A program made the position numbers and the translations under genes. A DNA stretch of 63,782 nt, the filler included, from Choristocarpus tenellus KU-1152 (taxonomy: Eukaryota; Protista; Phaeophyceae), in the NCBI GenBank assembly GCA_964200185.2. It is 13 parts of 13 records of this genome, joined end to end, with 100 filler letters (N's around TTAATTAATTAA, not from the genome) between each part and the next. Parts side by side here need not be neighbours in the genome. Positions count along the whole stretch, not along the records: positions 1 to 3,986 come from CAXNAD020016791.1; positions 4,087 to 7,969 come from CAXNAD020017386.1; positions 8,070 to 11,964 come from CAXNAD020017300.1; positions 12,065 to 18,860 come from CAXNAD020007326.1; 9 more parts are not named here. One strand, written 5' to 3'. The notes beneath the pieces were generated by a model, which was given only the letters and a program-made list of their open reading frames with translations, had not been told where the DNA came from and ran no database searches. Positions 1-13,728 of the stretch are shown here, piece after piece; the stretch's first letter is position 1; each line of letters begins with the position of its first letter.

Positions 1-921
1 TTTTGACCCAAATGGACACCATGGTGTAGACCCCCCCCCCCCCCCAGATACTTTGGGTCTCAGCCTTTTGCCTGTCTGCTATTCTCATGCGTATCATCTG
101 CTGCCCAAAACAAACAAATGATGAGCCGTAGACCCAAAGCACTTGAGAGGGAAGGAGTTTTGCCCTGTTTGTTCATTATTCAGGACTTGACTTCCCACGA
201 GTTTTTCATGCCCTTTTTCGGTTTTCTGTGTGAGTACTAACCCTAACCCTAACCCTAAAATGTATACGACTATGAAAGGTGTGTCTGGAGCAAGGGTATT
301 GGCACTCGCTAACAAACTCGATAGCCAAAATTGCATCAAAATCGCACCATTGGATTTTGGGCCCCAAAACGATGCGGCCCTACCCTTTCTTAAACGTGCT
401 CTGGCCCTTGCGTACGTACAAACCATCATCAAACAAAGCTCTGATCTTGGTGTTGTTCGTGTGGCCTACCCTGCCCCACACCAACTGTTTGTGTTGACTC
501 CAGGAGCACATGAGAAAAGCTGTCAGGCTACAGGAACACCAACTTATAGACAAAGAGATACACCGTCGTGAATGGGACAGATTGCGATTGAGGATGGTCA
601 AACATGCAGCAAACACGAACAAGAAGCAACTCTTACGGGTCCGCTGGGAATACCACCAGCACATGCAGGGGGGGGCAGGAGGTCAATGCGGCACTTCTGG
701 TGATGAAGCAGGTGGTAGCGGAGGCAAATTGCATGGTAATTGGATGTGAGATACTGATCGTGGGAACGTGGGTGGGAGGGGAGACCTGTAGTTCCTCCAC
801 CGATAGTGCTGTCCTTGCACTGTGCATTCAATCACAATTTTTTAGGCCCTCTTCTTGGGAGTAAGAACACCCTCGGGTAATCTATGACTGGGTCAGGACT
901 CGCTTTCTAGAGATCTATGTT

Positions 922-1019
922 ATGTTGTTGTTGTTGTTGTTGTTATTATTTTTGTTATTATTATTGTTATTGTTATTGTTATTGTTATTACTATTACTAT
1001 TACTACCACTACTATTATT
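922..1019 (+). repeat. Compound (GTT/ATT/ACT)n microsatellite
   Basis: Visible trinucleotide runs gttgttgtt...attattgtt...actact. Confidence 0.85.
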
Positions 1020-1027
1020 TTAATACT

Positions 1028-1286
1028 GAGCCAACGTATCTTGGAGGGTAGGACTGCGTCCATTTGGGGGCCAAAATCCAATGTTGTGATTTTGATTTAG
1101 TTTTGGCTGTCGTGTTTGTTAGGAAGTGTCAGTATCCTTGTCCTGGACACACCTTTTCATAACATATACATTTGACCTACTCCGAAACATTTTGGAGTGG
1201 GAAAATATCATAAAAAAGCCCACGGGAAGCCAAACCCCAAATGGACAAACAGGGCAAAATTCGTATCCTCTAAGATAGTTTCATTC
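1028..1286. mobile_element. MITE family A (~260 bp)
   Basis: TIRs GAGCCAACGTATCTTGGAGGGTAG / GTATCCTCTAAGATAGTTTCATTC, flanked by ACT on both sides (1025-1027, 1287-1289). Near-identical copies occur elsewhere in the window. Confidence 0.85.
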
Positions 1287-3021
1287 ACTTTTTGCTATAT
1301 GTACATATTAACATATACCCTAGTGTACAAGAAGCGCTATCGCATATCAAAGGGTAAATCTCTGATAACTATTTTTTGAAATTATTTTTTCAATGCCTAC
1401 ACCCTGGTGCAAGGGTGAATGCTCTGCTCTTGCCTGCCCACAATATGTGCAGAACTGTGAGCAATAAATGACCCACACCTGATCAGGGATCTGAACAGAG
1501 TTGGCTATAGGGTGGGGATCACACTCTCTCTCCCTGCTTGCATGTTACTGTAATAATGTTACTGTAATAATGAGACTTGATGCAAAAGGATAGATTAGGA
1601 GCTATTTTTTTATTCCGCCGCTTCACTATGACGTCAGGAAGTTTCCATTCCGCATTCAACCTCGACTTTTTCTCACACTTGGAATAAAATTGACAGTTAC
1701 TCCCCCTCGGTTTCCTTCAGAAAGATCCTTTCCAATAAGGCCCAACCACATCCAATCCCATTTAGTAAATCTTATCATAGCCCAAGAATGTGTCCAAGCG
1801 TTTATGTACTGCAAGAACTAGGCTCATGGGATGAAGGCCTTGCCCCCCCCCCCCTCTCCCCGCTTTACTACCTGGAAGAAGATTGTAAGAAACAAGCTTT
1901 GTCAGCGCCCAAATTTTTGGAGTGCATGGTAGAGGCAGATCAAGCATGTGATTGTAGAATTCCTCTTGGGTACATAGAATTGAAAACCCACGTGTCTTTC
2001 GAAGTATTTGAAACCTGGAACAATAACAACTACTGTTCGAAGTATTTGAGGAAGGTAGCACGCTCGCATTGAGGGCGTGTCCTTCTTCTCCCTCCCGTTC
2101 CTCTCAAATCTCATAACATGATCTCCTTGGGGGCTGACCACTGTAGACCAGCCACAAGTGAACACGAGGCCAGGAGGAAGGCTAGATCTGAGCTTGCCAT
2201 GGCCATGGAGAGAGAGCGCAGGCTTAGGAGTTTGACTTCAAAGGCTAAGGTCCAGGTGTGTATTGGTCGGGCTGTGATGCACGAAGCGTTTTCTGTGTGG
2301 GCTAAGAACCCCCCCGTCAATCTTGGCTTGAGGGGAACGTAGTGAGTGTCTCACAAGCAAGACCTTTTCTTGGTTGTTAACAAAAAAGGTGCTATAAGTT
2401 TTTCATGGTTATACCCCTAACCAAGTGTAATGCTCAATGGGTACACGTGCCTTGGCCTGGTACTGGTAATAGAGCTTCAGCACAACGTAATGAAAATTGA
2501 CTACAGAAGAGCAGTGTAATCGCATTGGGCCTCCCTTGTCTCGCAGTGTAATCGCCATTTGCCGGAGCTATGTGGTATCCTCTTTGATCCCGGGCCATGG
2601 GTGGAAAATCTCCTTCACGCCTGCCATTCCAACTGAATGTCCGCCTGCCTGTCCCCCCTGAAAACTGTACATCTCACCGCCACTGACATCGTCATGAAAG
2701 TTAAGCGTTAAACATTGACCCCATATTTCAATTTTAGGAGGGTTTTAAATTGTTTCTGTGAGGTGCTAGGATGCTCAATAGTAGTGAACACCCATAGTTA
2801 GGAAAGATCCAACATGCACAAAGTCAAAAGGCTGATATTCTAGTGAGATCTAAGCAAGGACCCCTGCAATCGCTGGGTTGGAAGGAGAGCTCACTGTTTC
2901 GGGAGGAACCACTTCCAGCTTAAGGTCCCGGTTGAGGGGGGGTAAGACTTAAAGTGCTCTAGGGAAAATAATATATATATATATATATCAATGTATATGA
3001 TGTGGAGTGCGGTCTTACACA

Positions 3022-3298
3022 GAGTCAAAGTAAGCGAGATGTACCCAGGGTTGCATTTTTAGGGCGCTGACAAATATGTCCATTTATTTTTTTTGGTACA
3101 AATGCGGGTAGGGAATTTCCTAAATTCTGTCGAAATAAAAAATATATAAATAGGAAGATCAGCGCTCTAAATTATTTTTTTGTGCTTTATCCATGGAAAT
3201 TACAAAAGGTGTAAAGCGGGAGATTAGAAAGAAGGTGACTTACAATGGAAAACCCCCCCGGCCAAAACCTGTGTACCTCTCTCATTTGCTTTCAGCTC
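3022..3298. mobile_element. MITE family C
   Basis: Begins GAGTCAAAGTAAGCGAGATGTACCCAGG and ends ...CCTGTGTACCTCTCTCATTTGCTTTCAGCTC; ACA duplicated on both sides. Confidence 0.75.
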
Positions 3299-3568
3299 AC
3301 AGCTATAAAGATGGTGGGGATGATGGTCCATGCTGATGCATTGAAACATCTGCTCTGAAGAGACAACTCATGGGCAGCAATGTGCACAAAACTCTTAGAG
3401 GAACTTGTCGTAAATACAGTGCTCATCAGAGCTGGGGTTGATTATTGTGGTGAAGAATAAAGCAACAGAGTTGAAGGGTATTAAGGGGGGTAGGAATGTG
3501 TCCGCTCGGGGTCATAAATCCGGTATTGTGATTTTGATGAATCTTGGCTATCGTGTTTGTTAGGAATG

Positions 3569-3831
3569 GAGCCAAACCATCGTAGAGGGTAGAGCCGCGT
3601 CCGTTTGGGGACCAAAATCCCAATGTTGTGATTTCGATGTAATTTTGGCTATCGTGTCTGTTAGGAAGCGTCAATATCCTTGTCCCAGACACACCTTTTC
3701 ACAACGTACACATTTTACCTACTCCAAATTGTTTTGGAGTAAGAATATGTCGCAAAATCCCCGAGGGAAGACAAGCCTCAATTGGACAAACAGGGAAAAA
3801 TTCGTACCCTAACCCTAAGATACTTTCACTC
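3569..3831. mobile_element. MITE family A copy, apparently nested in an older family A copy (~3480-3900)
   Basis: Same internal sequence as 1028-1286; flanks on both sides also align to family A. Confidence 0.75.
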
Positions 3832-3986
3832 TTAGCGAGTGTCAATGTCCTTGTTCCGGACGCACCTTTCGCATTTGGGTACGTTTTTTTGGTAAGTATG
3901 TTCACACAGAACACCGAGAAGGGTCGAAGTATTTGAGGGGGGGTGCCGGCGTCCGTTTTTGACCCTGGCTCAAAGTACCTGGGGGG

Positions 3987-4086
3987 NNNNNNNNNNNNNN
4001 NNNNNNNNNNNNNNNNNNNNNNNNNNNNNNTTAATTAATTAANNNNNNNNNNNNNNNNNNNNNNNNNNNNNNNNNNNNNNNNNNNN
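3987..4086. other. Artificial contig-joining spacer (44 N + TTAATTAATTAA + 44 N); 12 copies in window
   Basis: Identical 100-nt spacers, with stops in all frames, at 3987, 7970, 11965, 18861, 25659, 31146, 33825, 43921, 48472, 52801, 55836 and 59171. Confidence 0.98.
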
Positions 4087-4580
4087 CACACACCAATGAT
4101 CAAGCGTCTAGATCAACTCTGCAAGGGAATGTGCATCCCTTGCACTATGGAGGATGGAACCCCATACATAGTGGACCGGAATCTCCACCTGGATGTGGTC
4201 TTCCATGCTGGGGCACATGTCAACGTTGGATCAGCTCCCTACCGGGAGAAGGGCCTCCTCCTGGATGTTACGTTTGTAGAAATACAAGCAACCTCCCATC
4301 TGTCCCATTCATTCAACAGCAATGGTGTAGCTGTTGCTGCAGCTGAGGCGCAAAAGCGCACCCACTACGAGGGTTCGTTTGATCCTTGCACCTTTGACCT
4401 TGACACCTTCGGGTGGAAAGTTTTGGGCGGCTCGGTGAGCTTTTGGATGAGTTGGCTACACACGCGGTGGAGGGGAAAAGGGCGGGAGGTTACAGCAGGA
4501 AATGAGCTGTCAAATCCCGTTTACGACAGATAGTGTCTTGTCACCACACAATTGACTCTATCAAGACGTGTCATGAGTTT
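4087..4580 (+). mobile_element. Degenerate non-LTR retrotransposon C-terminus (CRE/R2-like restriction-like endonuclease domain)
   Basis: Translation LHLDVVF...LLLDVTFVE...AVAAAEAQKRTHY...FDLDTFG matches the D..DV..AA..AE..K...Y...ET.G pattern of RLE domains; frameshifted. Confidence 0.6.
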
Positions 4581-5434
4581 TAAGCTGGAGACACAAGGGA
4601 GATGGGCAAGGAGGGGCCTGTCAGATTCTTGGGATGCTTCCCTAGCTTCTCGCCCTGTGGTGTAGGACTAAGTAAGCTAGGTTGGAGGCATAGCAGCATT
4701 GTACACATCACATTGTAATTGCGAGCCTTTTCGGGAGTGTTGTAGTAGTCAAGAAGTAAAACGATTTTGGAGAGATACATCTTTCACAATTTACGACAAC
4801 TGCTACTACTTTTACAGGGGTCCTTAAGATATTGAATTGGCTTTTTCCCTGACAAATCTGAAAATTGTCAGAGGCATATGTATATATATATATATGATAC
4901 ACACAGTCAGTAGAAGCTACTCCTTGGCTCCTTGACCAGACCAGCTTATTATGATCGGGGTCCAAAATTACACTTTAACATCTGAAAATGATTCATACAT
5001 GATACTGCACACACCGGAACCTAGTCCTAGACTGGCACCATGAAGGTGATCTATAGAAACGGGGGAAGAGTTCCTTGAGGGGGAGTTACGTAGTAGGTTG
5101 GCCGGGCCTGGATTGAATGCCCTCTAACCTGCGGCGTCACTGCACCTTTAAACTAACTGTATGACATACATTGATGTTTAGTAGATGTGCCGTTATAGAC
5201 ACAATCTGTACCAGGCGCAGCTTCACCATCCCCTTCTTGCTGAACCCTCGTCCCGTTATTATAAACCCGACAACAACTTTGTGTCCTCACTAGAAGTCGA
5301 AGGAGTTTGGTGGGTGACTGAATTGTGACGCGTGTATAGGTAATCAGCGAACCTTGGAAGGGCTCTGGGCTGCCCTGGACGTGCCGTGGCGGACCAACCA
5401 TGTTTTTGTTCAACCAACACTGAACGACCCAAAG

Positions 5435-7486
5435 ATGACTCGCCTTCCCTCAACTGGGTCACCAGATTCCCAGCAACGGACCAGGAAGCACAGATGGCGC
5501 CGGCATTTGCCCCCAAGATCGGTTTGCTTCACCCACCAAGAGACATCTGTATTCCAGGGTGCACCGATGGTGGGGGGCAATCACAGTTTGCTGTTTGGAA
5601 ATGTGGACAATGACCCCAATGGAACCCTTGATCTGGCGGTGGGAGGAGTAGATGGAACTCTAGTAGTGTTTAAAGCCGCACCGGGAACTCATGACTCGGC
5701 GCCGTTTTTCAAGGCAACCGGTGAGTTATCTGGCAATGCTGTGGTCTTGTCAACTTTTTCAGGAGATATTTCTGTAAGGTTGGGGTTGGGTGCACCTTAC
5801 ACAGATGATGGTACATTGGTATGGTCATGTAAAGTGCATGCTTGGATAGAGGGACAGTTCATGGTGATGATCGCTATGCCCTGAATAGGTGCATGTAAAG
5901 TGCGAGAATGTAGTGGTAATTACGTGTGCTCGGGATCCGAAGAGTTACGCTTTCATATCATTTTGAGATCGTGTTCAATGTTCTCGACTTCTCTCACTTT
6001 TGGCCAGGACTCGGGACGATAATGACTCTCGTACTTGGACCACTCCTTCTTCATCATCCTGATGCACCTCATCATCAACTAGTAGCCTGCTCAATAGAGG
6101 GGATGTGCCATATTTTCGACCTAAGGTAAGAGCAAATCCTTGACATCAGACATATCACGATGTCAATAACGCAGGACATATTGGTTAGGTACAGGTGCAC
6201 TACGAGTCCACTACCTACCCAATTATTTTAGTAGCACAGTACACCAACACAGAAGAGTTGCTACAAGTGGTAGCAGTGAGCTTGGTTGCCCATCTGCGAG
6301 ACGACACGTTTCCTTCGTTTTCTTTTGTCCTCGACCTTGCAAGGTGGGACGGGGGATCCTTCTCATCTACACATGAGTACACTGGCAGGGTGCGGCCAAC
6401 GTTTTCTCTGTCTTGCCCAACCAATGTCACCGCTTGCATTATGGCGGACATCAACGAAGACGGAAGGTGTTACAACAAGTGTGCGCTTCCTTTGCCTATT
6501 ATTGTTGATGGGTCACTGGATATTCGTGTGTGCGAGCTTGTCTCAAATGAATGTCATGATGATTACCCGTTAGTGTGCCATTGTAATGAAATTCAGGGAC
6601 AACTACTCGCCCCTTAAAGCTGCACTGACTCAAGCTATCAGCTCAATTTGTCATAGACAAGGTAGTATGAGAGGGATCAAACCTTGCAAGACCCACATTC
6701 GTTACTTACTCTAGTGTCTTAAATCGTGCTGTGTGTGTGATGTGGTGTTGGGGAATCTGTTTTAGGTTACTTGCACTGGAGTAACAGGAGTGACTCAAAT
6801 AGCACATACTAGAAGCATACACTCCAGTATGTGGTACACATTTGCAGTACTTTCATGCATTACTTTGTTTTGCCCTAACATAAAGCAGGCAGGAGTTGGT
6901 ACTGGGCACTTCACAGGGAGGCGTGTACGTGCTGAGCCTTGATTACAATGAGGAGGAAGATCGGGGGGAGGTATTCAGTGGCAGCACCGTGTCTGACCTC
7001 ATAGATGTGGATGAGACTCAAGCGGTGAGTGAGGCACTGCCATCTGCCAACCCCCCTACTCTCTATCCTTGATCCTCTCTTGACACAAGATGAAAAAATA
7101 CGCAATTCCCCTTAACTCTCCCTCCTGGTCTCCTGGTGCCCACTATTATAGTTATCTGCAACGGTTGAGCTTGATTAGTACAAGCGATACTTTAGCATGT
7201 AGAAGGGAAATGCCACCATAGGAACTGCTCTCCGTAACATTATTGAACCCCCCACACCATGCAGAAATCTACTAGTCTGCACAGTGACAATCATCGTCCA
7301 TGCAAGCATGTAATTATGCCAGCCCTCATCCTTGGACAGGCAGATGATTCCGAAGATCAGAAGAGAACGGGTGGGGGGGCATCCGAGGGTGCAGGGCATT
7401 GCAAGGCAAGCCTGAGCTCCAGGTCTGAGACAGAGGATGAATGTGGTTCATTCAACACGGTTGCTATGATGAAAGAGTGGCTTCAT
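5435..7486 (+). CDS. ITFG2: ITFG2-like FG-GAP repeat protein (KICSTOR subunit-like), 3' incomplete
   Basis: Phase-consistent exons 5435-5720, 6008-6125, 6344-6466, 6889-7024, 7340-7486. Motifs RSVCF..., LFGNVDND...DLAVGGVDGTLVVFK, LVACSIEGMCHIFDL and PTNVTACIMADINEDGRQELVLGT parallel ITFG2. Start codon uncertain. Confidence 0.7.
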
Positions 7487-7910
7487 GTGAGTTTTTCCCT
7501 TTTTTGTAGCTGAAAGCACGCCACCCTGAGTCACTCTTGTTCCTATGAGCTAGAGTGATTTCAGCTAGAAGTTAAGCGCAGGAGGACACACATGTTAGGC
7601 AGGATACGTTATAGTCGATGCATTGTTATTGAATTAGGGGTACCATGTAGAGGGTGCCATATCTCCTGGCCCTACTTGGCAGCCTGCTGTAAAGTAAGAT
7701 AGCAGCAGTAGTGGAAGAAAATTGAAAGGGTTAGGGTTAGGATGTGCTCCAGAGCCCCTAGATGTTGATCAGAATGTGTGCGTGGTATTCAGTGCTGAAC
7801 CCAATATTTCATCATCCAGAATTATCGCAGGGTGATTTTTTGAGCAGTTGAATCTATAGAAAAGACCCCATCCTCGTTTGCTGTCAACTTATACATTTCC
7901 TCCCCCCCCC

Positions 7911-7943
<33 letters not shown>

Positions 7944-8156
7944 TCCCTTCTCTCTGCTTCACCGTTTCTNNNNNNNNNNNNNNNNNNNNNNNNNNNNNNN
8001 NNNNNNNNNNNNNTTAATTAATTAANNNNNNNNNNNNNNNNNNNNNNNNNNNNNNNNNNNNNNNNNNNNGGGGGGGGGGGGGGGGGGGGGGGGAGGGGGG
8101 GGAGGGGTAAAGGAATCAAAATTTAGAGGAGGAGCGGCCTAGTTAGAGAAGACGAG

Positions 8157-8197
8157 AGATAAGATAAGATAAGATAAGATAAGATAAGATAAGATAC
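8157..8197 (+). repeat. (GATAA)n pentanucleotide microsatellite
   Basis: Tandem gataa run. Confidence 0.9.
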
Positions 8198-8254
8198 AAG
8201 ATGCCTAAGTATATCCACGTGTATGCCCGACTGCTAGATTGCATGTACATGTGA

Positions 8255-8512
<258 letters not shown>

Positions 8513-11500
8513 TTCAGATTCTCCAGGTCTGAACTCTTGAATGGAAGGGAATTTTGGGCTGCTTTGTGAGAAGAGGTGAGGATGGGGGTGAGATGACCAA
8601 GGTCTCTATCCCACTTAGTTGTTTCTGTACCCCATCAGTACAGTTTTTGGAGGTGGAGGAGGAGAGAACAGCTAAAGGGTGAATGAAAACACTTTGCTGG
8701 GCAGAGAGGGTGGATGAACTTCTTTGTAAGAAGGGTGGTTGTCTTAACAGATGCCAACTGGTATTGTATCTTTTTTGGTATACCCCCTCAATGATGGAGT
8801 AGTTCTGTTGCATCCTTTAGCAGTTTAAAGGATGCATGTAACCCATATGAGTCTGGTCTGTAGGGAGTCTCCATTGCTTGGTACTAGTGGTTTGATGCAT
8901 CATCATAGATCATTCTTTTTTAGCTCAAATGAAGAGTATATGTGTACGCTCAAGCACGTATACAAGACCAATCAACACAACTCAATGAATGCCAATGTGG
9001 TTGCGAAGTAGTCCTGCTGCGCTGATCAATGAATGCCAGTATGGTTTGAGTCGAAATAACTGAGATGAGCTTGTGTTTCAGCTGTTTCGACTTGTAAAAA
9101 AAAAATAGTTTTCAACGTTTTATGAAGAAGATGACACTTTTTAGAAGAGTGTCAGTAATGATATCTTGCTTCTCCAAGCTGAATTTTGTAAAAAAAACAG
9201 TCCAACTGCATTCCACAGCTATCAAGTGTGTGCTCCAAAAATATGTGCCACCAGCAAGTCGGAGAGGTCCATAAAACTAAGTCCCGCCCCCATGTCAGTT
9301 ACTTGACTCTTCAAGCTTCCTCTCATTTGGAGTAGGTACACAATAATAATATTGGACGCCAGAAAGGCTTGAAGTTTGTATCATGAATCTTGCATGGAAA
9401 CTGTTAATTCAATGGAGAGATGGCATTGCAGTAGTGTGTTCAATGGTGTGAGCTTTCTCATTTTCAGGCATGCTCTCCGCCAGTGAGAGACTCACGTGTC
9501 AAACGTGGCAAGTCCAATATTTGAATGTTGGGATTTGTTGTCCTGACTCAGGCGTTTTTTCATTCCCTTATTTTTGTCTTTAGAGTGAGAGTATCTTGTG
9601 TGCCTGAAGCTGTGCTTGTGTTGTCATGCAGTTCTCTATGCCATGTTTTGTTACCCTGCTCTAGACTATTTTTAGCTCAGCAAGACCAGATCGCAGCCCA
9701 CTGGCCTGATTAGAATAGTTGTTCCCCTACATACCTTTGATGAGGTGGCAGCGTGCTGTCAAATGATGTAGGGAACAGGCTTTTTTTACCTGGATCTCCC
9801 AAATGGCTTGAATCTTGAATGGCTCAAGATCTACAGCAAGTCAGGCAGTACACCGCCAAGGGGATGAAGTGTTTTCTCAACATATGGGAATCTTTAATGC
9901 CGTTTGTAAGTTGTAGTTGATTAGGAACAAGCTTGGACAGACAGGCACAAGGCGAAGTCACTTTTTATAATGGTTGACGGAACATTAAAACTGTTTGTCC
10001 TCTCCATCTAACTGAGATACAGGTGGTCATCGCAATCATCGAGGTAAATTCCGAAATCATGTACCACGATATGTACGCTTGAGTTATAGCACAAAATAGT
10101 ATCATAGTTTCATTTTTTGAGTTTAACAGTATTGTTCCCCCACTTGGCAACAAGAGCATGAATTCGTCCTGCTTTGTTGTACTTTCAAAGAAATTTTATG
10201 GCAGTGCTATTTTTTTTACATATCAAGACGAGGCCACCCTCAAACATTTATTGAAAAACTCCAAAAAATACGTTGCGAATTTTGGTCTGGGTGTGAGCAA
10301 TCCCACCAACGCTGATCAGATCTTTATCACCATGATTACCCAGTGAAACAGTGCTGCTGTAAGTGCACAGTAGTGAGTGTCATGTAAGTTTCACATGACG
10401 GACTGGACTACTTCGAACAAGCATGTGAAACTTACCTCTGACAAAGAGGCATAGGACTTTATGTACTTCCTATAGTTTTTGTGGCGTACACAACTCTGTC
10501 AACATTTTTGTATTTGGCTGCTTCTTACTCCTGTATCCTATTGTACATATTGATTGCATAACAGTTCTTATTGCGACTTGAAGGGGGTGTTATTTTTCTG
10601 CATAAGGTGCTTATGGATTCAATTAGTCTCCTGTAGGTTGCAGGAATGACAGGTTGGCATTTCAGGATCTCAACACCCGTGGTAATATGCATGGAGTGTG
10701 GACCATGGAGGGTGATACTGTAGCCTCTGCAGGAGGGTTCTACTAGATAGTACAGTTGTAGTAAATATTGTTGTAGTAAATGTAGTAAATGTTGTTGTTG
10801 CTGTTGTCTTTGAACACCGTTTTTTTTTAACGCATTTTAACAAATTGATTGCAATCAAAAGTGAGTCTGCGAGGTCACACAAGCCACCATCAAACATGTA
10901 ACTAACTACGCACTTCGCAAACATACTACAATTTCATTGAATAGGTTGGAACGTTGACCAGTGTGTATTCATGTCACAGAAAGGTTGTACTGGGCAAGAC
11001 AGACGAAGCAGAGAGCCACGTTGCTGTTCGGCTTTGGATAGCACTGGTAGAACATCATGGGTACCTCTGCCACTTCGTCCCATGACTGAAAACCAAGAAT
11101 GTCAGGTCTAAACATTTGCAGAGCGTTGAAGAATTATTCTTGGGTTTGTCGGTTGCCTCCCTTTATTCTATATATTTATTCTATATATTTTCATTATTAT
11201 TATCGAAGATGATGTGGTTGTGTCTGCTTTGCCCAAGAATGGCAAATAAATGGCGTTTTTCACCTCCCTTGCCATACTCTCCTTCCTTCATCTCTACTGC
11301 TGACCCTCTTTTGAGATTCACGTTGACCATTTTCCTGGAAGTTGCATGTATTGCTCCAATGCCAATGGTCTTCTGAGTACAGCAGTTTCTTTTGATGTCA
11401 TTATTCTTAGAGACAATTATTTCGTATTTGTAAGTTGAACTAACCGTTTCACCTCAAACCGCGCGTGTATGCTTGCTGCTCGCATCGATAGGGACGTGGG

Positions 11501-12757
11501 AAACACAAACTAATTATTAATACTAGTGCGCAATAGTCCTTTGTAACATGTATGTATGGAGGTTAGGGTCAGGTTTAAATCTTTTGCCTGCGTAGCTTGA
11601 ACCCTATAGGGCTGTAGGGTTGCTTGGTGTTAATGACTTCGTTTCAGTCTCTTAAGATATTGGGATGGTTTCATTGGGGGAGGTACTTACTGCGTACCTA
11701 CTTGTGTAAATCAAACATAAAACACGTTAAGGTTTCTCGTCATTTTTTCTATTTTACCATAAATACTTTTATTTTTTGGTTATGTGTGAGTATTTATGAT
11801 GTATTAGATAGAATACAATACGAGGACATAATAATAAAATATATTAGCAACGTCAGTTTACCATCAAAAAAAGAATCCTAGAAGGAAAATACTAAGCGAG
11901 CTTTGTGACAGGTGGAAACAGCCGACAGGTTCTCCGTAATGAAGGGGAGTGGGAAGACCCACAGNNNNNNNNNNNNNNNNNNNNNNNNNNNNNNNNNNNN
12001 NNNNNNNNTTAATTAATTAANNNNNNNNNNNNNNNNNNNNNNNNNNNNNNNNNNNNNNNNNNNNCCCCCAGATACTTTGACCCGCAACGTACATAGTGAT
12101 ATTATATGTATAGTGATATTATTCTTTTCTGATTGTGAGAGCCATCTACCACAGAAGGTATACCCTGAAGGTAACCTATCTTGAAAATTATGATATTCGT
12201 ATGGCATTTGTTCTTGCATGTTGAAGATAACATCTGCCTGAAGTAAGATCGGGTGGTTTGAGGGGCCCTCGTTCAGTTACCACCTGAACACTCTTTATCT
12301 TGAGTGATCTTCTGAGGGATTGCTCTCCCTTTTTGACTTGTCTCTATTTGATCTTGCCTCCTGTGGGTCTTCCCGCTCCCCTTCATCATGAAGAACCTGT
12401 TGGCTTGTTTCCATCTGTTTCACAGATTATAGTATTTTTTTCTGATTATCCATGGTAGTCTGCACTTGCCTCAACCCACAAGTCAGTCAGCGGAATCGAG
12501 ACCATAAGCCCTTTTAATAATAACTTTACATATCTACATAAACTATTCATTGTCTTTCTTTCATCACAGCACGAAGCCGCGGGTCCAGTGTGGAATATTT
12601 TAACAATCTACACTGACAGATGGACGGATGGATGGATATAGGATGGACAGTAATCACTTGGTGCTTGGACAATCGTACGTACGCGGGAACGGCCAAGATA
12701 GATTGGAAGGGACTTTGCTTGGCTCAGGAATTCTGGATTATTGGTCATTTAGTCTTT

Positions 12758-12927
12758 GGTTCAAAGTATCTGGTGGGGGTGGGGGTCTACACATTTGGGC
12801 CCTGACCAGGAGAAGTGCACTTACATTGTTCATCCGATGCATGCAATCAAATCACACAAAAATTGCAACATGGAAAAATGGACCCCAAATCGACAGCCGC
12901 CACCCCCCCCCCAGATACTTTGAGTCC
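12758..12927. mobile_element. MITE family B (~180 bp, G/C-run subtermini)
   Basis: GGTTCAAAGTATCTGG...CCAGATACTTTGAGTC; TSD TTT or CTTT. Confidence 0.8.
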
Positions 12928-13728
12928 TTTGTTTGCATTCCACCTATTCTACCCACCCAATACTTTCCATCACTTTCCACTTCACCACACCATTCAACCT
13001 TGCTCAACCCCGTTATGACACTTCCCATCACTTTCGCTCCACCATTGAACACCACTCAACACCACAACACCTTCCACCACTTTCCACTCGATCAGACCAC
13101 ACCATTCCACACCACTCAATACCACCCCACAATAATCCCAGAACAACCATTCATATCATCCACTCCAATAACGTGCCTTTGAACTAGAAATCTACCCCGC
13201 CTGAACTTGACTTCCCCCCCCCCTGTTCCCCAGCATCCCAGTTGGTCGTGAGCAATCGAAAGGGTAGGTGGGTGGGAATGATTGCTCGGAGGTTGCCTTG
13301 TTCTAGCCCTGCTTGTCCTGTCCCACTAACCTCAGGTTTTCCTTATGTTCTGATCCATCCCTTCCTACCTCATGCTTCCACCTACCATCCATTTCTTTTA
13401 ACTTCTCTCCTTCCTTTCTGCCTCCTTCAATATCACCAATCTGTTCCCCATTCATCATTCCTTCCAAAATTTCCCTGCTGGGCACAAAACTCGGATCACT
13501 TCATAAACTTCCACTTTTTTGGAGTACGTCTGTTTTCATCTCTACTGATGTAAACATAGATAACGTAGTGTTGACCATTACGTTTTTGGAGGTGAGAATT
13601 CTCTCCTATACGATAATATCACAATTCGATACTTCATCATCCCAACTATGAGGGTTTTGATGCCAACCAACACTCCAACACAACCACCAAAGGCAACCTT
13701 ACGACCAAGAGAGTGAGTCTGATCGAGA

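Noticed and set aside
480-870. Possible non-LTR 3' end ahead of the microsatellite
   Set aside because: No diagnostic motif could be read with confidence
4031-4042. Recurrent TTAATTAATTAA palindrome as a biological repeat or CRISPR-like array
   Set aside because: Always centred in 44+44 Ns; it is an assembly linker
12628-13182. 184-aa ORF
   Set aside because: Made of a MITE plus low-complexity CCA/CAC-rich sequence
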